From positions 1 to 25,641 of the forward strand of contig CAZJQC010000019.1 in assembly GCA_964548195.1 (NCBI GenBank): a DNA stretch of 25,641 nucleotides, read 5' to 3'. The translations under genes were made by a program, and so were the position numbers. Positions 7,173 to 17,291 of the stretch are shown here, one piece after another. The DNA is from an uncultured bacterium. Its GTDB lineage: Bacteria; Macinerneyibacteriota; Macinerneyibacteria; Macinerneyibacteriales; DSCS01. Numbering within the stretch: the first letter of the stretch is position 1; each line of letters starts with the position of its first letter. The notes below the pieces were generated by a model. It did no database searches, was not told the origin of the DNA, and saw only the letters and a program-made list of their open reading frames with translations.

Positions 7173-9794
7173 ATGAAAAAGTCCGTATTACGGATAACGG
7201 GCATGACATGCGCTTCCTGCAAGGCGGCTCTGGAAAAGAGTCTGTCGGCTGCGCCGGGAGTATTAAGCGTCAATGTGAACCTGGCATCTGAAAAAGCCAT
7301 GTTGGAATATGACGAAAAGAAGGTCGTCATGGACGACATAGTCAACATAATACAAGCGCTGGGATACGGCGTTTTCCGGGATGAGGAAAACACGGAACGT
7401 GTGGAGTTTGATATTACCGGTATGACTTGCGCTTCCTGCGCGGCGCGTATAGAAAAAGGGGTCAAGTCTCTTGCGGCGGTGAAGGATGTGAATGTCAATG
7501 TGGCATCGGACAGGTTGTCCGCCACTATATACCCGGGCACCTCCGATACGATAATCGAAAAAATAAAGGAGCTGGGTTACGGGGCATCAAAAACCTCAAG
7601 CCATAAGAACGCTGATTTTGATTCATTGAGAGAACGGGAGCGTAAAAAAACGGCTTTTATGGCCCTTTTATCAATTTTTTTGACCTTGCCATTGCTTGCC
7701 GCCATGTTTTTCATGGTATTGGGGATCAACATGCCTTTGTTCCATGCCCCATGGTTTCAACTGATCTTTGCGGCTCCGGTGCAGTTCATACCGGGCGCGC
7801 GTTTTTACAGACAGGCTTATCACAGCCTCAGGGCTTTAAGCCCGGGCATGGATCTTCTTATTGCATTGGGGACGTCGGCCGCTTTCTTTTTCAGTGTCTA
7901 CAACGGATTTTTCCGCTCATGGCCTTCGGGTCACCATCCCGAGCTCTATTTTGAAGCCTCCTCTATCATCATCACGCTTGTACTGCTTGGGAAATATCTT
8001 GAGGCGTCCGCAAAGGGCAAGACCTCTGAAGCCATAAAAAAACTTATGGGACTCACCCCCAAATTTGCGACGGTGATAAGAGACGGAAAAGAGCTTACGG
8101 TCCCGGTCGCCGGGATATTACGCGAAGACATAATGATAGTGAGGCCGGGAGAACGTATTCCTTCCGACGCTGTCGTGATAGAGGGAGCCAGTGAAGTCGA
8201 CGAAAGCATGCTGACGGGGGAAAGTCTCCCCCGTGAAAAGACGGCAGGCTGCGAAGTCACGGGAGGAACGGTCAATATCGGCGGTTCTATCACCCTTAAG
8301 GCGCTGCGCGTTGGCGAGGAGACCGTTTTGTCTCACATCATACGTGTTGTCGAGGAGGCTCAGGGCTCCAAAGCCCCCGTGCAGGACATGGCTGACAGGG
8401 TGGCTGCCTTTTTTGTTCCCGCCGTGATCCTGGCGGCCGCGGCGGCATTCTTTATCTGGGCGATGATAAAAGGTGATCTTACGGCCGGCATCATCCCGGC
8501 TGTCTCCGTACTGGTGATTGCGTGTCCCTGTTCCCTGGGGCTTGCAACCCCCACGGCACTTATGGTGGGTATGGGGAAGGGCGCCGAAATAGGTGTTCTT
8601 ATAAGGAACGGCGCCGGCCTTGAGCGCATGAAAGGTGCCGACACGGTAGTCTTTGACAAGACCGGCACGCTTACAAAAGGAGAGATCGCGGTCTCCCGTA
8701 TCGTGGCGGAAGACGGCGTCGACGGCAAATCGATGCTGCAGCTGGCCGCTTCGGCCGAAGCCCGTTCCGAGCATCCGTTTGCAGGCGCGGTTGTCGCTCA
8801 TGCAAAAAAGGAGGGCTTTGCCATACTGGAAAGCGCTGATTTTAATTATTTGCAGGGTAAAGGTGTTGTCGCAACGGTGGGGAAAGCGCGCATCGCAATC
8901 GGCCAGGAAGCTTTTGTGGAGGGGTTCGCCTTGATTTCGCCGGCGCTTAAAGAGGAAGGCAGAAAAGCCGCTTTGACCGGGGCGTCTCCGGTTTTTGTGG
9001 CGAGGGATGAAAAAACGCTCGGCATGATATCGTTCTCGGATGTCATAAAGGATGAGGCTGCGGACGTGGTCGCCGCGCTTAAAAAACGGGGAATAGAGAG
9101 TTACATGATAACCGGCGACAATGAATATTCGGCTTTTGCCGTGGCGAAGCTGGCGGGCATTGAAAAAGAACATGTTTTTTTTCGCGTGATGCCTGAAGAT
9201 AAATCCCGAAAGATATCGGAACTGCAGAAAACAGGGAAAGTGGTCGCCATGATAGGGGACGGCGTAAACGATGCCCCGGCGCTTGCCGTGTCTGATGTCG
9301 GCATAGCCATGGGGACCGGCACGGAGATCGCGATGGAATCATGCGATGCGGTCCTTATGAATGGAGACCTCCATACCGTTTTGAGGGCATTTGACCTTTC
9401 AAATGCAACCTTTAAAAAGATAAAACAGAACCTCTTCTGGGCGTTTTTTTATAATGTGCTGGGCATACCGCTTGCCGGCGCGGGACTTTTGAGCCCCGTC
9501 ATCGCAGGCGCCGCGATGTCCTTCAGTTCCGTATCGGTCGTGACAAATTCATTGATGTTGAAAAAATTCGGCAGGAAAGGAGTCAGTGTGGAAAGTCTGG
9601 AAATCAGGGTCTCCGGCATGTCATGCGGCCATTGCGAGAAGGCCGTCGAGGGGGCTCTGAAAGGATTGGGGTGGGTGGTTGACGCGAAGGCCGATTCCGC
9701 AAGCGGCAAAGTGAAAATATTCTTCAAAGGTGACTATGTAAGCGCAGAGGTCAGCGATGTTGTCACAAAGGAAGGGTACGAGCTCGTCATCTGA
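7173..9794 (+). CDS. copA: Cu(I)-translocating P1B-type ATPase with two N-terminal and one C-terminal HMA domains
   Basis: GMTCASC twice, TGES, CPC in the membrane helix, [19 protein letters not shown] and MxxSS (Cu+ P1B-1 signature), and C-terminal GMSCGHC. Start could be 7146, 7170 or 7173; GGAAGG precedes 7173. Confidence 0.96.
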   Translation: MKKSVLRITGMTCASCKAALEKSLSAAPGVLSVNVNLASEKAMLEYDEKKVVMDDIVNIIQALGYGVFRDEENTERVEFDITGMTCASCAARIEKGVKSLAAVKDVNVNVASDRLSATIYPGTSDTIIEKIKELGYGASKTSSHKNADFDSLRERERKKTAFMALLSIFLTLPLLAAMFFMVLGINMPLFHAPWFQLIFAAPVQFIPGARFYRQAYHSLRALSPGMDLLIALGTSAAFFFSVYNGFFRSWPSGHHPELYFEASSIIITLVLLGKYLEASAKGKTSEAIKKLMGLTPKFATVIRDGKELTVPVAGILREDIMIVRPGERIPSDAVVIEGASEVDESMLTGESLPREKTAGCEVTGGTVNIGGSITLKALRVGEETVLSHIIRVVEEAQGSKAPVQDMADRVAAFFVPAVILAAAAAFFIWAMIKGDLTAGIIPAVSVLVIACPCSLGLATPTALMVGMGKGAEIGVLIRNGAGLERMKGADTVVFDKTGTLTKGEIAVSRIVAEDGVDGKSMLQLAASAEARSEHPFAGAVVAHAKKEGFAILESADFNYLQGKGVVATVGKARIAIGQEAFVEGFALISPALKEEGRKAALTGASPVFVARDEKTLGMISFSDVIKDEAADVVAALKKRGIESYMITGDNEYSAFAVAKLAGIEKEHVFFRVMPEDKSRKISELQKTGKVVAMIGDGVNDAPALAVSDVGIAMGTGTEIAMESCDAVLMNGDLHTVLRAFDLSNATFKKIKQNLFWAFFYNVLGIPLAGAGLLSPVIAGAAMSFSSVSVVTNSLMLKKFGRKGVSVESLEIRVSGMSCGHCEKAVEGALKGLGWVVDAKADSASGKVKIFFKGDYVSAEVSDVVTKEGYELVI

Positions 9795-10989
9795 TAAACC
9801 CGTCGCGGAACAATACGGGCATCTCTTCAAAAAAAGTGTCTTCATCCCGCGGCGGGGGCATACGGATTGCGCCGCCCGGCGCCTCTTTCATGCCGCTGCC
9901 TGTCAGGACGGCGGTGACCCGCGCCCGTTCAGGTATACTGCCCTTTACGACAAGGCTTTTTAAAGCCGCCGCGACCGATGCAGACGCGTATTCAACGTCG
10001 TATCCCGTATGGAGCAATGTGTCTCTGCTTTCCCTTATGCCGCTTTCTGACACGCTCGCATAAAGCCATTTGTTCTCATTGGCCAGCCGTATGATCTCCG
10101 CACCGCCGTATGGTTCTCCAGATGTTATGGCGTGCGCGATCGTATCCGTCTTTTTAAAGGACACAATATCATCCTGCCTGCGTTCAAGCGCGGATACTAT
10201 TGGACTGCATCTTTCCGCCTGGACGACGATGAAACGGGGTATTTCTTCGATCTTTCCCGACAGCCTCAATTCCAAAAAACCCTTATATAACCCCCTTATA
10301 TGCCCGCATGCCGATACCGGCACGGCTATAAAGTCCGGCCCTTTTCTGTTGTATTGCTCGTATATCTCGAAAGCCGTGCTTTTATATCCCTCAACACGGA
10401 ATGGGTTGTTCCCGGTCGATATGCGTATGCCCGAAGCGGCTGAGGCTTTTAACAGCCGTTTTTTAAGCTGTGAATAGTTTTTCGTGCGTATCCGTATGAC
10501 GCGGGCGCCGTATCGCAGCATCAAAGCCAGCTTTTCTCCGGGTACGTAGTCCGGCACTACCACCACCGCCGTCAGTCCCCCGCTGTTTGCGGCATATGCG
10601 GAGACGGAATGCCCCATGTTTCCGGTCGATATGGTCATCATATATTTCTCCCCGTATACACGGGCGATATCTGTCAGTATCTTTGTGCCGCGGTCCTTGA
10701 AACTGCCGGTAGGATTGCGCGATTCGTCTTTGATGCGAAGGTCCTTAAGCCCTGTATATTCACGCAACGGCCCCCCGCCTTTTAACAAAGGGGTGTCTCC
10801 TTCGCCGAAATAAATGCCATCTACGCGAGGAAAGTAATCGGCGAATCGTTCCCACACATTCCCGGAATCCTTTATGCGCGCCTCCTTTATATCAGAGGCG
10901 AGTATGAGCGGTTCGCCGTATGCGCCTCTTTCGTCGATCCTCTCCTGCGGGTATGTCTGTCCGCCAAAAAACGTGCCGAGATGATACAT
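9787..10989 (-). CDS. Threonine-synthase-like PLP-dependent enzyme (fold type II)
   Basis: [22 protein letters not shown] (PLP lysine), [19 protein letters not shown] and LTGSGMK. AGGAGG at 11000-10995 before ATG 10989. Confidence 0.85.
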   Translation of the reverse strand: MYHLGTFFGGQTYPQERIDERGAYGEPLILASDIKEARIKDSGNVWERFADYFPRVDGIYFGEGDTPLLKGGGPLREYTGLKDLRIKDESRNPTGSFKDRGTKILTDIARVYGEKYMMTISTGNMGHSVSAYAANSGGLTAVVVVPDYVPGEKLALMLRYGARVIRIRTKNYSQLKKRLLKASAASGIRISTGNNPFRVEGYKSTAFEIYEQYNRKGPDFIAVPVSACGHIRGLYKGFLELRLSGKIEEIPRFIVVQAERCSPIVSALERRQDDIVSFKKTDTIAHAITSGEPYGGAEIIRLANENKWLYASVSESGIRESRDTLLHTGYDVEYASASVAAALKSLVVKGSIPERARVTAVLTGSGMKEAPGGAIRMPPPRDEDTFFEEMPVLFRDGFIR

Positions 10990-11269
10990 ATGCCCCTCCT
11001 TTGCCAGCAATCATTATTACAGCATATGGAGCCTCTGTAAAGGGGGCGGACAAAACATGGCGCCGTGGCCGTTATGTGTGTTGACATGGTATGATAAGGT
11101 TCGGCCACCATATCAGGTATTTGCAGAACTGTTTCAGGCGATGAACTTTAACTATGCACACCGTAGAGGCTTGAAAAACTCTTTATCCCAATCTTTTTTC
11201 CTGAAGTTGAAACAGATTTATTTAGATGGGTGTCTAAATCTTATGACAGGAAAATCCGAAGGGAGAATG

Positions 11270-13393
11270 ATGAGACTGTTGACGATGTTGCTGAGTTTTT
11301 TGTTTGTTCCGATGATCTTTGGCGTGCCGCGGATCCCTTTTATGGCTGTTTCTCCGATGGTGGACGGCAATGCGGAAGCGGGGGAGTGGCAGGACGCGAT
11401 GACATTTGATTCATACTATCAGACCAGTCCCGGAGACAACAGCATGCCGTCGGAATCCACGGTGTTCAAGATCGGACACGATGAGAAAAACATATATGTG
11501 CTTGCATTATGTGAATATAAGAATGTGGCGGATATGCGCCTCTTTCACTGCGGCAGAGACAACATCAACACCGACAGGGTGGTGCTTTACTTTGACACCT
11601 TCAACACAAAGGACAAGGCGTATTTTTTCGCTTCAAACGGATACGGCGAACAGGCGGACGGCATTGTATCCGCATATAACAGACATGACATTTCTTCGGA
11701 CATCTATTTCATATCCGAATCGTCAACTGGGCCGTCCGGCTATGTGGTCGAGTTTGCCATACCCCTTAAAAGCATCAAGTATTCCGGCGGTGAAGGGCCG
11801 GAATGGGGGCTTCTCTTCAGACGATATCTGGTCAAGAACGGCGAGGAGATAAGCAACCATATTCTGACAAGGGCCGATTCCAACTATTTCAATAATTACG
11901 GCACCTATTCATTTGCGAACCTGCCGTCCGAGGTCAATTTTACGGTGGAGCCGTCATTGACGGGCGCCGTATCCTCCGACAGGGAAGATGTCTCCGGCTT
12001 TGAAGAACGCTCAGACACACTTAATGCGGAGATCAATATCTTTTATGAGCCGAATTCTAGCGTCACATTTACAGGCACCTTGAACCCGGATTACAGCACC
12101 ATCGAGGCTGATGCCTATCAGATAGATGTAAACAACCGATATCCGCTTTATTACGGAGAAAAGCGCCCCTTCTTTATTGAAGAGACCAATCCCTTTGCAG
12201 CGGATATCAATATATACCATACAAGAAATATTGTAAATCCGATGTGGGGGCTTAAATGCTCATACAACAAGGGGGATGTCGGCATATTTGCGATGTCCTC
12301 GGAAGATGAAGACATACCAGCGGAACGTTTCGGATATTACGGTGACAGTGGAGATGTGATGTGGAACTTTATATCCGTCAAAAAAAGAGTAAATACCGAT
12401 TCCGATTACAGATTTGCCCTTGCGTCCAGGGAGTTTGACGCCAAATGGAACAACGTGGCCAGTCTGGACAGCAATCTGTTTTTTGATTCCGGTTTCCATA
12501 CCCACAATCAGGTCGCCGGATCGCTCACGGACCTGGACGACAGTGATGCGGCCCCGGATATCGCATACAGCTCCTCGACGTCATTTGATGATGAAAAGTG
12601 GCATTTCGAGATAATGGCCAACGGAGCGGGGCCCGATTTTTACGCTGACATGGGTTTTATACGTGAAAAGGGCGTGCGTACTTACGGCACGATAAACAGG
12701 ATGCTGATCATGTCATACAGCGATACCGCATTCTTCAGGTTTGCCGATTTTTCAATAAGCGGCTATGCAAAATACGACTGGGACCACAGCGACCGTTTGA
12801 GCATCAACACACAGCCATATATATCAATGGGCTTCAAGCACAATCTGAATCTCTGGGTGGGGATGCTGCAGGAGATGGAGGATTATCTGGGGGACGAATA
12901 CCATGTATATTCATACACGGCGAGAGTCTCTTCCGATACCTTTAGCGCGCTGAGCGGTTTTGTCCGTTATACCTCGGGCAGAGGTCTTTGGTATGACACA
13001 TATGCGCCGGAGGTGAGGGCGTACAGGAATGTGGAGTCCGGCGTGACGTTCAGGCCGGGCAAAAGCATCGACCTCGCCTGCGGGTTGGAATGGGTGGATA
13101 TGGACGGAAAGTTCGAGGCCCTTAGTTTTCAGAGCAGTCTGAAACTGCAGTTCCATAAAAATTTCTGGATGCGCCTGGACGCGCATAATATGAAGGTGAG
13201 ATTCAAGGACAACGGCTCCGAGAGGGTAAACACACTTTTTTATCCGCTGTTCGTATATCAGCCCAGAGCTGGAATCTCTCTCTACGCCGGCATACAGGAT
13301 TCAAATGAGAGATTTACACTGACGGAGGAGACCAGCAATATGGATACGGCGCGATATTTTATGAAAATTTCCTACTCCCTGGACCTGAGATAG
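11270..13393 (+). CDS. Secreted, probably outer-membrane protein with a CBM9-like N-terminal domain and a DUF5916-like beta-rich region
   Basis: Signal peptide after GGGAG RBS (ATG 11267 or 11270). VDG....EW, YQTSPGD, VEFAIPLKSIKY, TLNPDYSTIEAD, EKRPFFIE and IYHTRNI motifs. C-terminal amphipathic strands ending YFMKISYSLDLR. Confidence 0.8.
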   Translation: MRLLTMLLSFLFVPMIFGVPRIPFMAVSPMVDGNAEAGEWQDAMTFDSYYQTSPGDNSMPSESTVFKIGHDEKNIYVLALCEYKNVADMRLFHCGRDNINTDRVVLYFDTFNTKDKAYFFASNGYGEQADGIVSAYNRHDISSDIYFISESSTGPSGYVVEFAIPLKSIKYSGGEGPEWGLLFRRYLVKNGEEISNHILTRADSNYFNNYGTYSFANLPSEVNFTVEPSLTGAVSSDREDVSGFEERSDTLNAEINIFYEPNSSVTFTGTLNPDYSTIEADAYQIDVNNRYPLYYGEKRPFFIEETNPFAADINIYHTRNIVNPMWGLKCSYNKGDVGIFAMSSEDEDIPAERFGYYGDSGDVMWNFISVKKRVNTDSDYRFALASREFDAKWNNVASLDSNLFFDSGFHTHNQVAGSLTDLDDSDAAPDIAYSSSTSFDDEKWHFEIMANGAGPDFYADMGFIREKGVRTYGTINRMLIMSYSDTAFFRFADFSISGYAKYDWDHSDRLSINTQPYISMGFKHNLNLWVGMLQEMEDYLGDEYHVYSYTARVSSDTFSALSGFVRYTSGRGLWYDTYAPEVRAYRNVESGVTFRPGKSIDLACGLEWVDMDGKFEALSFQSSLKLQFHKNFWMRLDAHNMKVRFKDNGSERVNTLFYPLFVYQPRAGISLYAGIQDSNERFTLTEETSNMDTARYFMKISYSLDLR

Positions 13394-13457
13394 CGAATAA
13401 TAGTTGATTCCGCATCCGGGAAGATATAAGATTGCTTTTCCCGAACGGAGGTGCGTC

Positions 13458-14687
13458 GTGGCAAATGCGGCTTTGATAATCGTTGGTGATGAAATATTGA
13501 ACGGCATTAAAAAAGATACAAACACCTCTAATATCATACGGGAATTAAAAGCCGTGGGTGTTGATGTCGAGTGTTCGGCCGCCGTAAGGGACAAGGCCGA
13601 TGATATTTCCTGTGCATTGGCCGAAGCGTGCAGATATGACATGGTCTTTATCACGGGCGGTTTGGGCCCCACGGACGATGACCTGACTCGTGACGGGCTT
13701 TCTGCATTCACAGGCCTGCCGCTTGAATTTAATGCCGAAAGATGGGAAAAGATCAGAAAACGGTTTTCTGCCATGGGCAAGGTCCCGGCGGAAAGCAATA
13801 AAAGACAGGCATATCTGGCCAGGGGGGCCGCGTTCCTTGATAATCCCAACGGCACTGCTCCCGGCCAGTATCTGGAATATAAAGGCACTCACATATTCAT
13901 CCTCCCCGGTCCTCCGGGAGAGAACATACCCATATTAAAAAACGAATGCATACCTCTCATGCGGGAAAAAAATCTGACCGGTGAAGCCGCCTTCATAAAA
14001 AGGATATACATATGCGGCCAGGGTGAGAGCGATATCGCTGACATGTCCGGCAATCTCGAACTCAGATCTCTTCATGCCGGTTACTATTTCAGTGAAGATG
14101 GCTGGGTGGAAGTGGAGTTGAGCGGGCCCGCAGGGTGCCAGGATTCGCCGGATTACCCGCTGAGTGCGATAACCGCCGCTATAAAAGAGACATACGGTAT
14201 ATATGCTCTCGAAGAGATGTTGCCGCATGAGCGACTATTTGAGACGCTGAAAAAACGGGGGATGACGATCTCACTGGCCGAATCCCTTACAGGCGGATAT
14301 GCGTCATCCCTGCTGGTGTCGATCCCGGGGGCTTCAGCGGTATATAAGGGCGGGATCACGGTGTACTCGGATGGATCCAAGACTGAATTTCTTGGTATAG
14401 GCAGGGATATCTTGAGCAGAGACGGGGCGGTATCGGAACCAGTCGCAGCTGCTATGGCATGCGAAACGAGAAGAAGGTTCGGAACGGACTGCGCATTGTC
14501 ATTTACAGGTATCGCCGGCCCCGGGGGAGACACGGCGAATAAGCCTTTGGGGACGGTCTTTACCGGATATGATATAGGCGGCAGGCTGCATGTTAAGAGG
14601 TCCCGCCACGCCGGCAGCCGGAACAGGGTGATCAGGAAGGCCGTTATGTGCGCTTTTTGCGAAATGACAGGCTTTATAGAATCATAA
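13458..14687 (+). CDS. cinA: CinA: molybdopterin-binding-like domain plus NMN deamidase (PncC) domain
   Basis: IIVGDEILNG..DTN, TGGLGPTDDDLTR, NPNGTAPG, LPGPPGE, AESLTGG, GAVSE and TGIAGPGG. GGAGG before GTG 13458. Confidence 0.93.
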   Translation: MANAALIIVGDEILNGIKKDTNTSNIIRELKAVGVDVECSAAVRDKADDISCALAEACRYDMVFITGGLGPTDDDLTRDGLSAFTGLPLEFNAERWEKIRKRFSAMGKVPAESNKRQAYLARGAAFLDNPNGTAPGQYLEYKGTHIFILPGPPGENIPILKNECIPLMREKNLTGEAAFIKRIYICGQGESDIADMSGNLELRSLHAGYYFSEDGWVEVELSGPAGCQDSPDYPLSAITAAIKETYGIYALEEMLPHERLFETLKKRGMTISLAESLTGGYASSLLVSIPGASAVYKGGITVYSDGSKTEFLGIGRDILSRDGAVSEPVAAAMACETRRRFGTDCALSFTGIAGPGGDTANKPLGTVFTGYDIGGRLHVKRSRHAGSRNRVIRKAVMCAFCEMTGFIES

Positions 14688-15482
14688 ATAATGCTGTTCG
14701 CTGCTGCCGGTCTTTTTTGCAAAGAGCTCTATATACTCTTTAACGGGGCTCATCTCTATTTTCGGGTACAGCACCTCTTCAACCTGGAAAAACCCCGCAT
14801 TGGATTCCATCTCTATGGTGATCCTGATCGGGCGCTCACTGCCTTTTTCAATAGAGACTTTCTGTATCGCCGCGGCAGAGTATCGATGTATGTCGCCCAG
14901 TTTCGCCTGCTTTGACAATTGTGACGTGATACGCGCGCGTCCGTGTTCCATGTCGCAGCCGTCAGCGATCAGTATAAGCCCGGCTTCAAGGGATGTGGTC
15001 TTCTGTGTGGCCATATGGCCTGTGATCCCCTCGACCGCAGTCGCGCGTATGGCCGAGAGCAGCAGCGGATCGCTGTAGAAACGCGATAGTATGCGCGTGA
15101 TGATCGGATATGCGATATAGGCGCCGTGTATCTCATGGTTTGACCGTCCTATTGTCATGCCCACGTCATGGAGCAGGGCAGCCGTAAGCACTGCGGACAG
15201 ACTGTCTTCGGGGGATGCATCTATCTCCTTCTCAAGGTTTAGCATGATATCGGCTTTCTTGAGAAGATCAAACATGGTGATGGCATTGATCGCGGCGATC
15301 TTCATATGCACCGGGCCGTGATCGTTGAACCCCAGCCGCTTTATGGATACTATATTGGAATATTCCTGAAGAGCGCAGATCTCCGGGTCATTGAATATGG
15401 CCTCGGCCAGAGGAACGACCTTGACAGGAAGCATCTTTATGATCTTGCGCTCAAGCGCGGTCTCCTTTTTTGATTTGTTCAT
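14682..15482 (-). CDS. HD-superfamily metal-dependent phosphohydrolase
   Basis: RLGFNDHGPVH, LLHDVG, GHM, IADGCD and DIH..SA motifs. GGAGG RBS at 15491-15487. Confidence 0.88.
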   Translation of the reverse strand: MNKSKKETALERKIIKMLPVKVVPLAEAIFNDPEICALQEYSNIVSIKRLGFNDHGPVHMKIAAINAITMFDLLKKADIMLNLEKEIDASPEDSLSAVLTAALLHDVGMTIGRSNHEIHGAYIAYPIITRILSRFYSDPLLLSAIRATAVEGITGHMATQKTTSLEAGLILIADGCDMEHGRARITSQLSKQAKLGDIHRYSAAAIQKVSIEKGSERPIRITIEMESNAGFFQVEEVLYPKIEMSPVKEYIELFAKKTGSSEQHYL

Positions 15483-15598
15483 AATACCTCCGTTCCGTAT
15501 ATTTTATCCCACCCTATTCGTGATGTAAAGGGCATAAAATGAAACTTAATGCGCTGTTATGGTGTATACTATTTAATAAAGGGAATCAAGGAGGGAAT

Positions 15599-16186
15599 AT
15601 GTGCAGATGTCCGTGGTCAGCGTCGAACGGTGAGTTGTACAGAGTGTATCACGATGAGGAATGGGGCGTGCCGGTGTATGATGACAGGACCCATTTTGAG
15701 TTTTTGGTGCTCGAATCCGCTCAGGCCGGGCTGAGTTGGATAACAGTCCTTAAAAAACGGGAAAACTACCGCAGGGCATACAGCGGTTTTGACCCGGCTG
15801 TCGTGGCCGGTTTTTCCGATGAGGCAAAAGAGGGTTTGATGAGAAATAGCGGTATCATAAGAAACAAGGCAAAGATAGAGGCTTCTATCGTGAATGCCGG
15901 CGTTTTATTAAAGACTGCTGAGGAATATGGGAGCTTTTCGGCTTACATATGGTCATTTGTGGACAAAAAACCGATCGTGAACGGTTTTGAAAAGGAAAGC
16001 GAGATCCCCGCAAGTACGCCGCTTTCCGAAAAAATCGCAAAGGACATGAAAAAAAGGGGCTTTAAATTTCTGGGGCCCATAATCATGTACTCCCATATGC
16101 AGGCTACAGGGATCGTGAACGACCATCTGCAGTCTTGTTTCAGATTCGAAGAGATCATAAAAAACTATTCCGTTTTGCCGGAATGA
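15599..16186 (+). CDS. tag: DNA-3-methyladenine glycosylase I
   Basis: RCPW, YHDEEWG, LESAQAGLSW.TVLKKRENYR, IIRNKAKI, KKRGFKFLGP and QATGIVNDH..SC. AAGGAGG RBS before ATG 15599. Confidence 0.96.
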   Translation: MCRCPWSASNGELYRVYHDEEWGVPVYDDRTHFEFLVLESAQAGLSWITVLKKRENYRRAYSGFDPAVVAGFSDEAKEGLMRNSGIIRNKAKIEASIVNAGVLLKTAEEYGSFSAYIWSFVDKKPIVNGFEKESEIPASTPLSEKIAKDMKKRGFKFLGPIIMYSHMQATGIVNDHLQSCFRFEEIIKNYSVLPE

Positions 16187-16202
16187 GCTGTGAAAGGAGC
16201 AT

Positions 16203-17291
16203 ATGAAAACCTTGAAAGTATTTATATTTGCCGCCGCTATGGTCCTGGCCGCCTGCTCGGGTGAGAAGGTGATGACTGTGAACAACGGGGTCAACCCCGA
16301 CATAGCCACATTGCAGACAAAAATCGTCTATGCCTGGCCCACGCTTGACATGACAAACTCAAACGCGATGCTTTGCGCAGGCATCAAGGACGGGGTCCTG
16401 TATTATCTCAGGGAATGGGAGAACAGGTTCGCCATTCAATTCACCGATTTTGACGGGACGTTTAAGGATTCGATCACGATCCCAAGAGGGCGGGGGCCCG
16501 GCGAGGTGATGCAGAGCATGGGGGTAAGGTTCGTCGATGGAAACATCATGTTCGCGGATCTTGTCATGAGCCGTATCAGCCTGTTTGATGAAAAAGGGCA
16601 TTATCTGGATGAATATCTGATGGATGAGGGTATTGACGTTCCCACAACGTTTGACGTGGTGGGGGACAAACTCATCTTTACGGGGCTGATCAGAGACAAA
16701 CTGACTGCAATGGATTACAGGACTTCAGATGTCATAAGGACATTGCCTTATGAAGACGGCCCATACCCGATGGAACCGGGAAAAACCCTGGACCTGTGCA
16801 CGATGAGGTCGGACCCTCAAAGCGGCATGATCTTTGTGGCCCATGCAAGTTATCCTTACAGGATAGACAGATACGACTCCGATTTGAACAGGAACATGAA
16901 GATACGTAAAAAACTTGCAAAAAAATACGACCGCATCAAATGGTCTGTCCCTCGGGCAAACAGCGTCACAGGCGAGCTCATGGTGATCTCCATGGTGATG
17001 GATGAAAAGTATCTTTATGCTTCACGCGGTTTTAATATCAAACCGACGGGAGAGGTCGACGACACTGATTTCAGCATATATGTCTTTGAAAAGAGCAGCG
17101 GCAGGTTCCTCTATGAGATCAAGAATGAGAAGATCTCAAGGGTAAGAGGCGGCATATCGGTGATCGGAGTGACAGATGAATATATCGTCCTCCATATGAT
17201 AGACACCGGACTCGCTTTTGCCAGGGTGTTCGGCAAGGATGACGCCGGAGGCTCCGCGATGCTTGTGATCGAAAAACCCGGGATGTTATGA
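16203..17291 (+). CDS. Lipoprotein, 6-bladed beta-propeller-like (GRGPGE motif), 362 aa
   Basis: AAGGAG RBS and canonical lipobox LAAC. GRGPGE, FAD...RISLFDEKG and PYRIDRYD motifs. Paralogue of 371-1459. Confidence 0.8.
   Translation: MKTLKVFIFAAAMVLAACSGEKVMTVNNGVNPDIATLQTKIVYAWPTLDMTNSNAMLCAGIKDGVLYYLREWENRFAIQFTDFDGTFKDSITIPRGRGPGEVMQSMGVRFVDGNIMFADLVMSRISLFDEKGHYLDEYLMDEGIDVPTTFDVVGDKLIFTGLIRDKLTAMDYRTSDVIRTLPYEDGPYPMEPGKTLDLCTMRSDPQSGMIFVAHASYPYRIDRYDSDLNRNMKIRKKLAKKYDRIKWSVPRANSVTGELMVISMVMDEKYLYASRGFNIKPTGEVDDTDFSIYVFEKSSGRFLYEIKNEKISRVRGGISVIGVTDEYIVLHMIDTGLAFARVFGKDDAGGSAMLVIEKPGML

Noticed and set aside
7360..7660. E. coli-style programmed -1 frameshift after the N-terminal HMA domains of copA
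   Set aside because: No CCCAAAG-like slippery heptamer in the proper frame with a downstream structure was evident. The A runs are ordinary Lys codons.
8118..9173. 351-aa antisense ORF inside copA, plus other long antisense ORFs (e.g. 18468-19109, 13301-13888, 6313-6840)
   Set aside because: They are shadows of well-supported genes on the opposite strand, with no recognisable motifs or RBS.
11081..11086. TTGACA as the -35 of a promoter
   Set aside because: No acceptable -10 at 16-18 bp spacing.
11057..11269. About 70-aa N-terminal extension of the DUF5916-like ORF
   Set aside because: The RBS and signal peptide begin at 11267/11270. The upstream region looks like a divergent promoter region.
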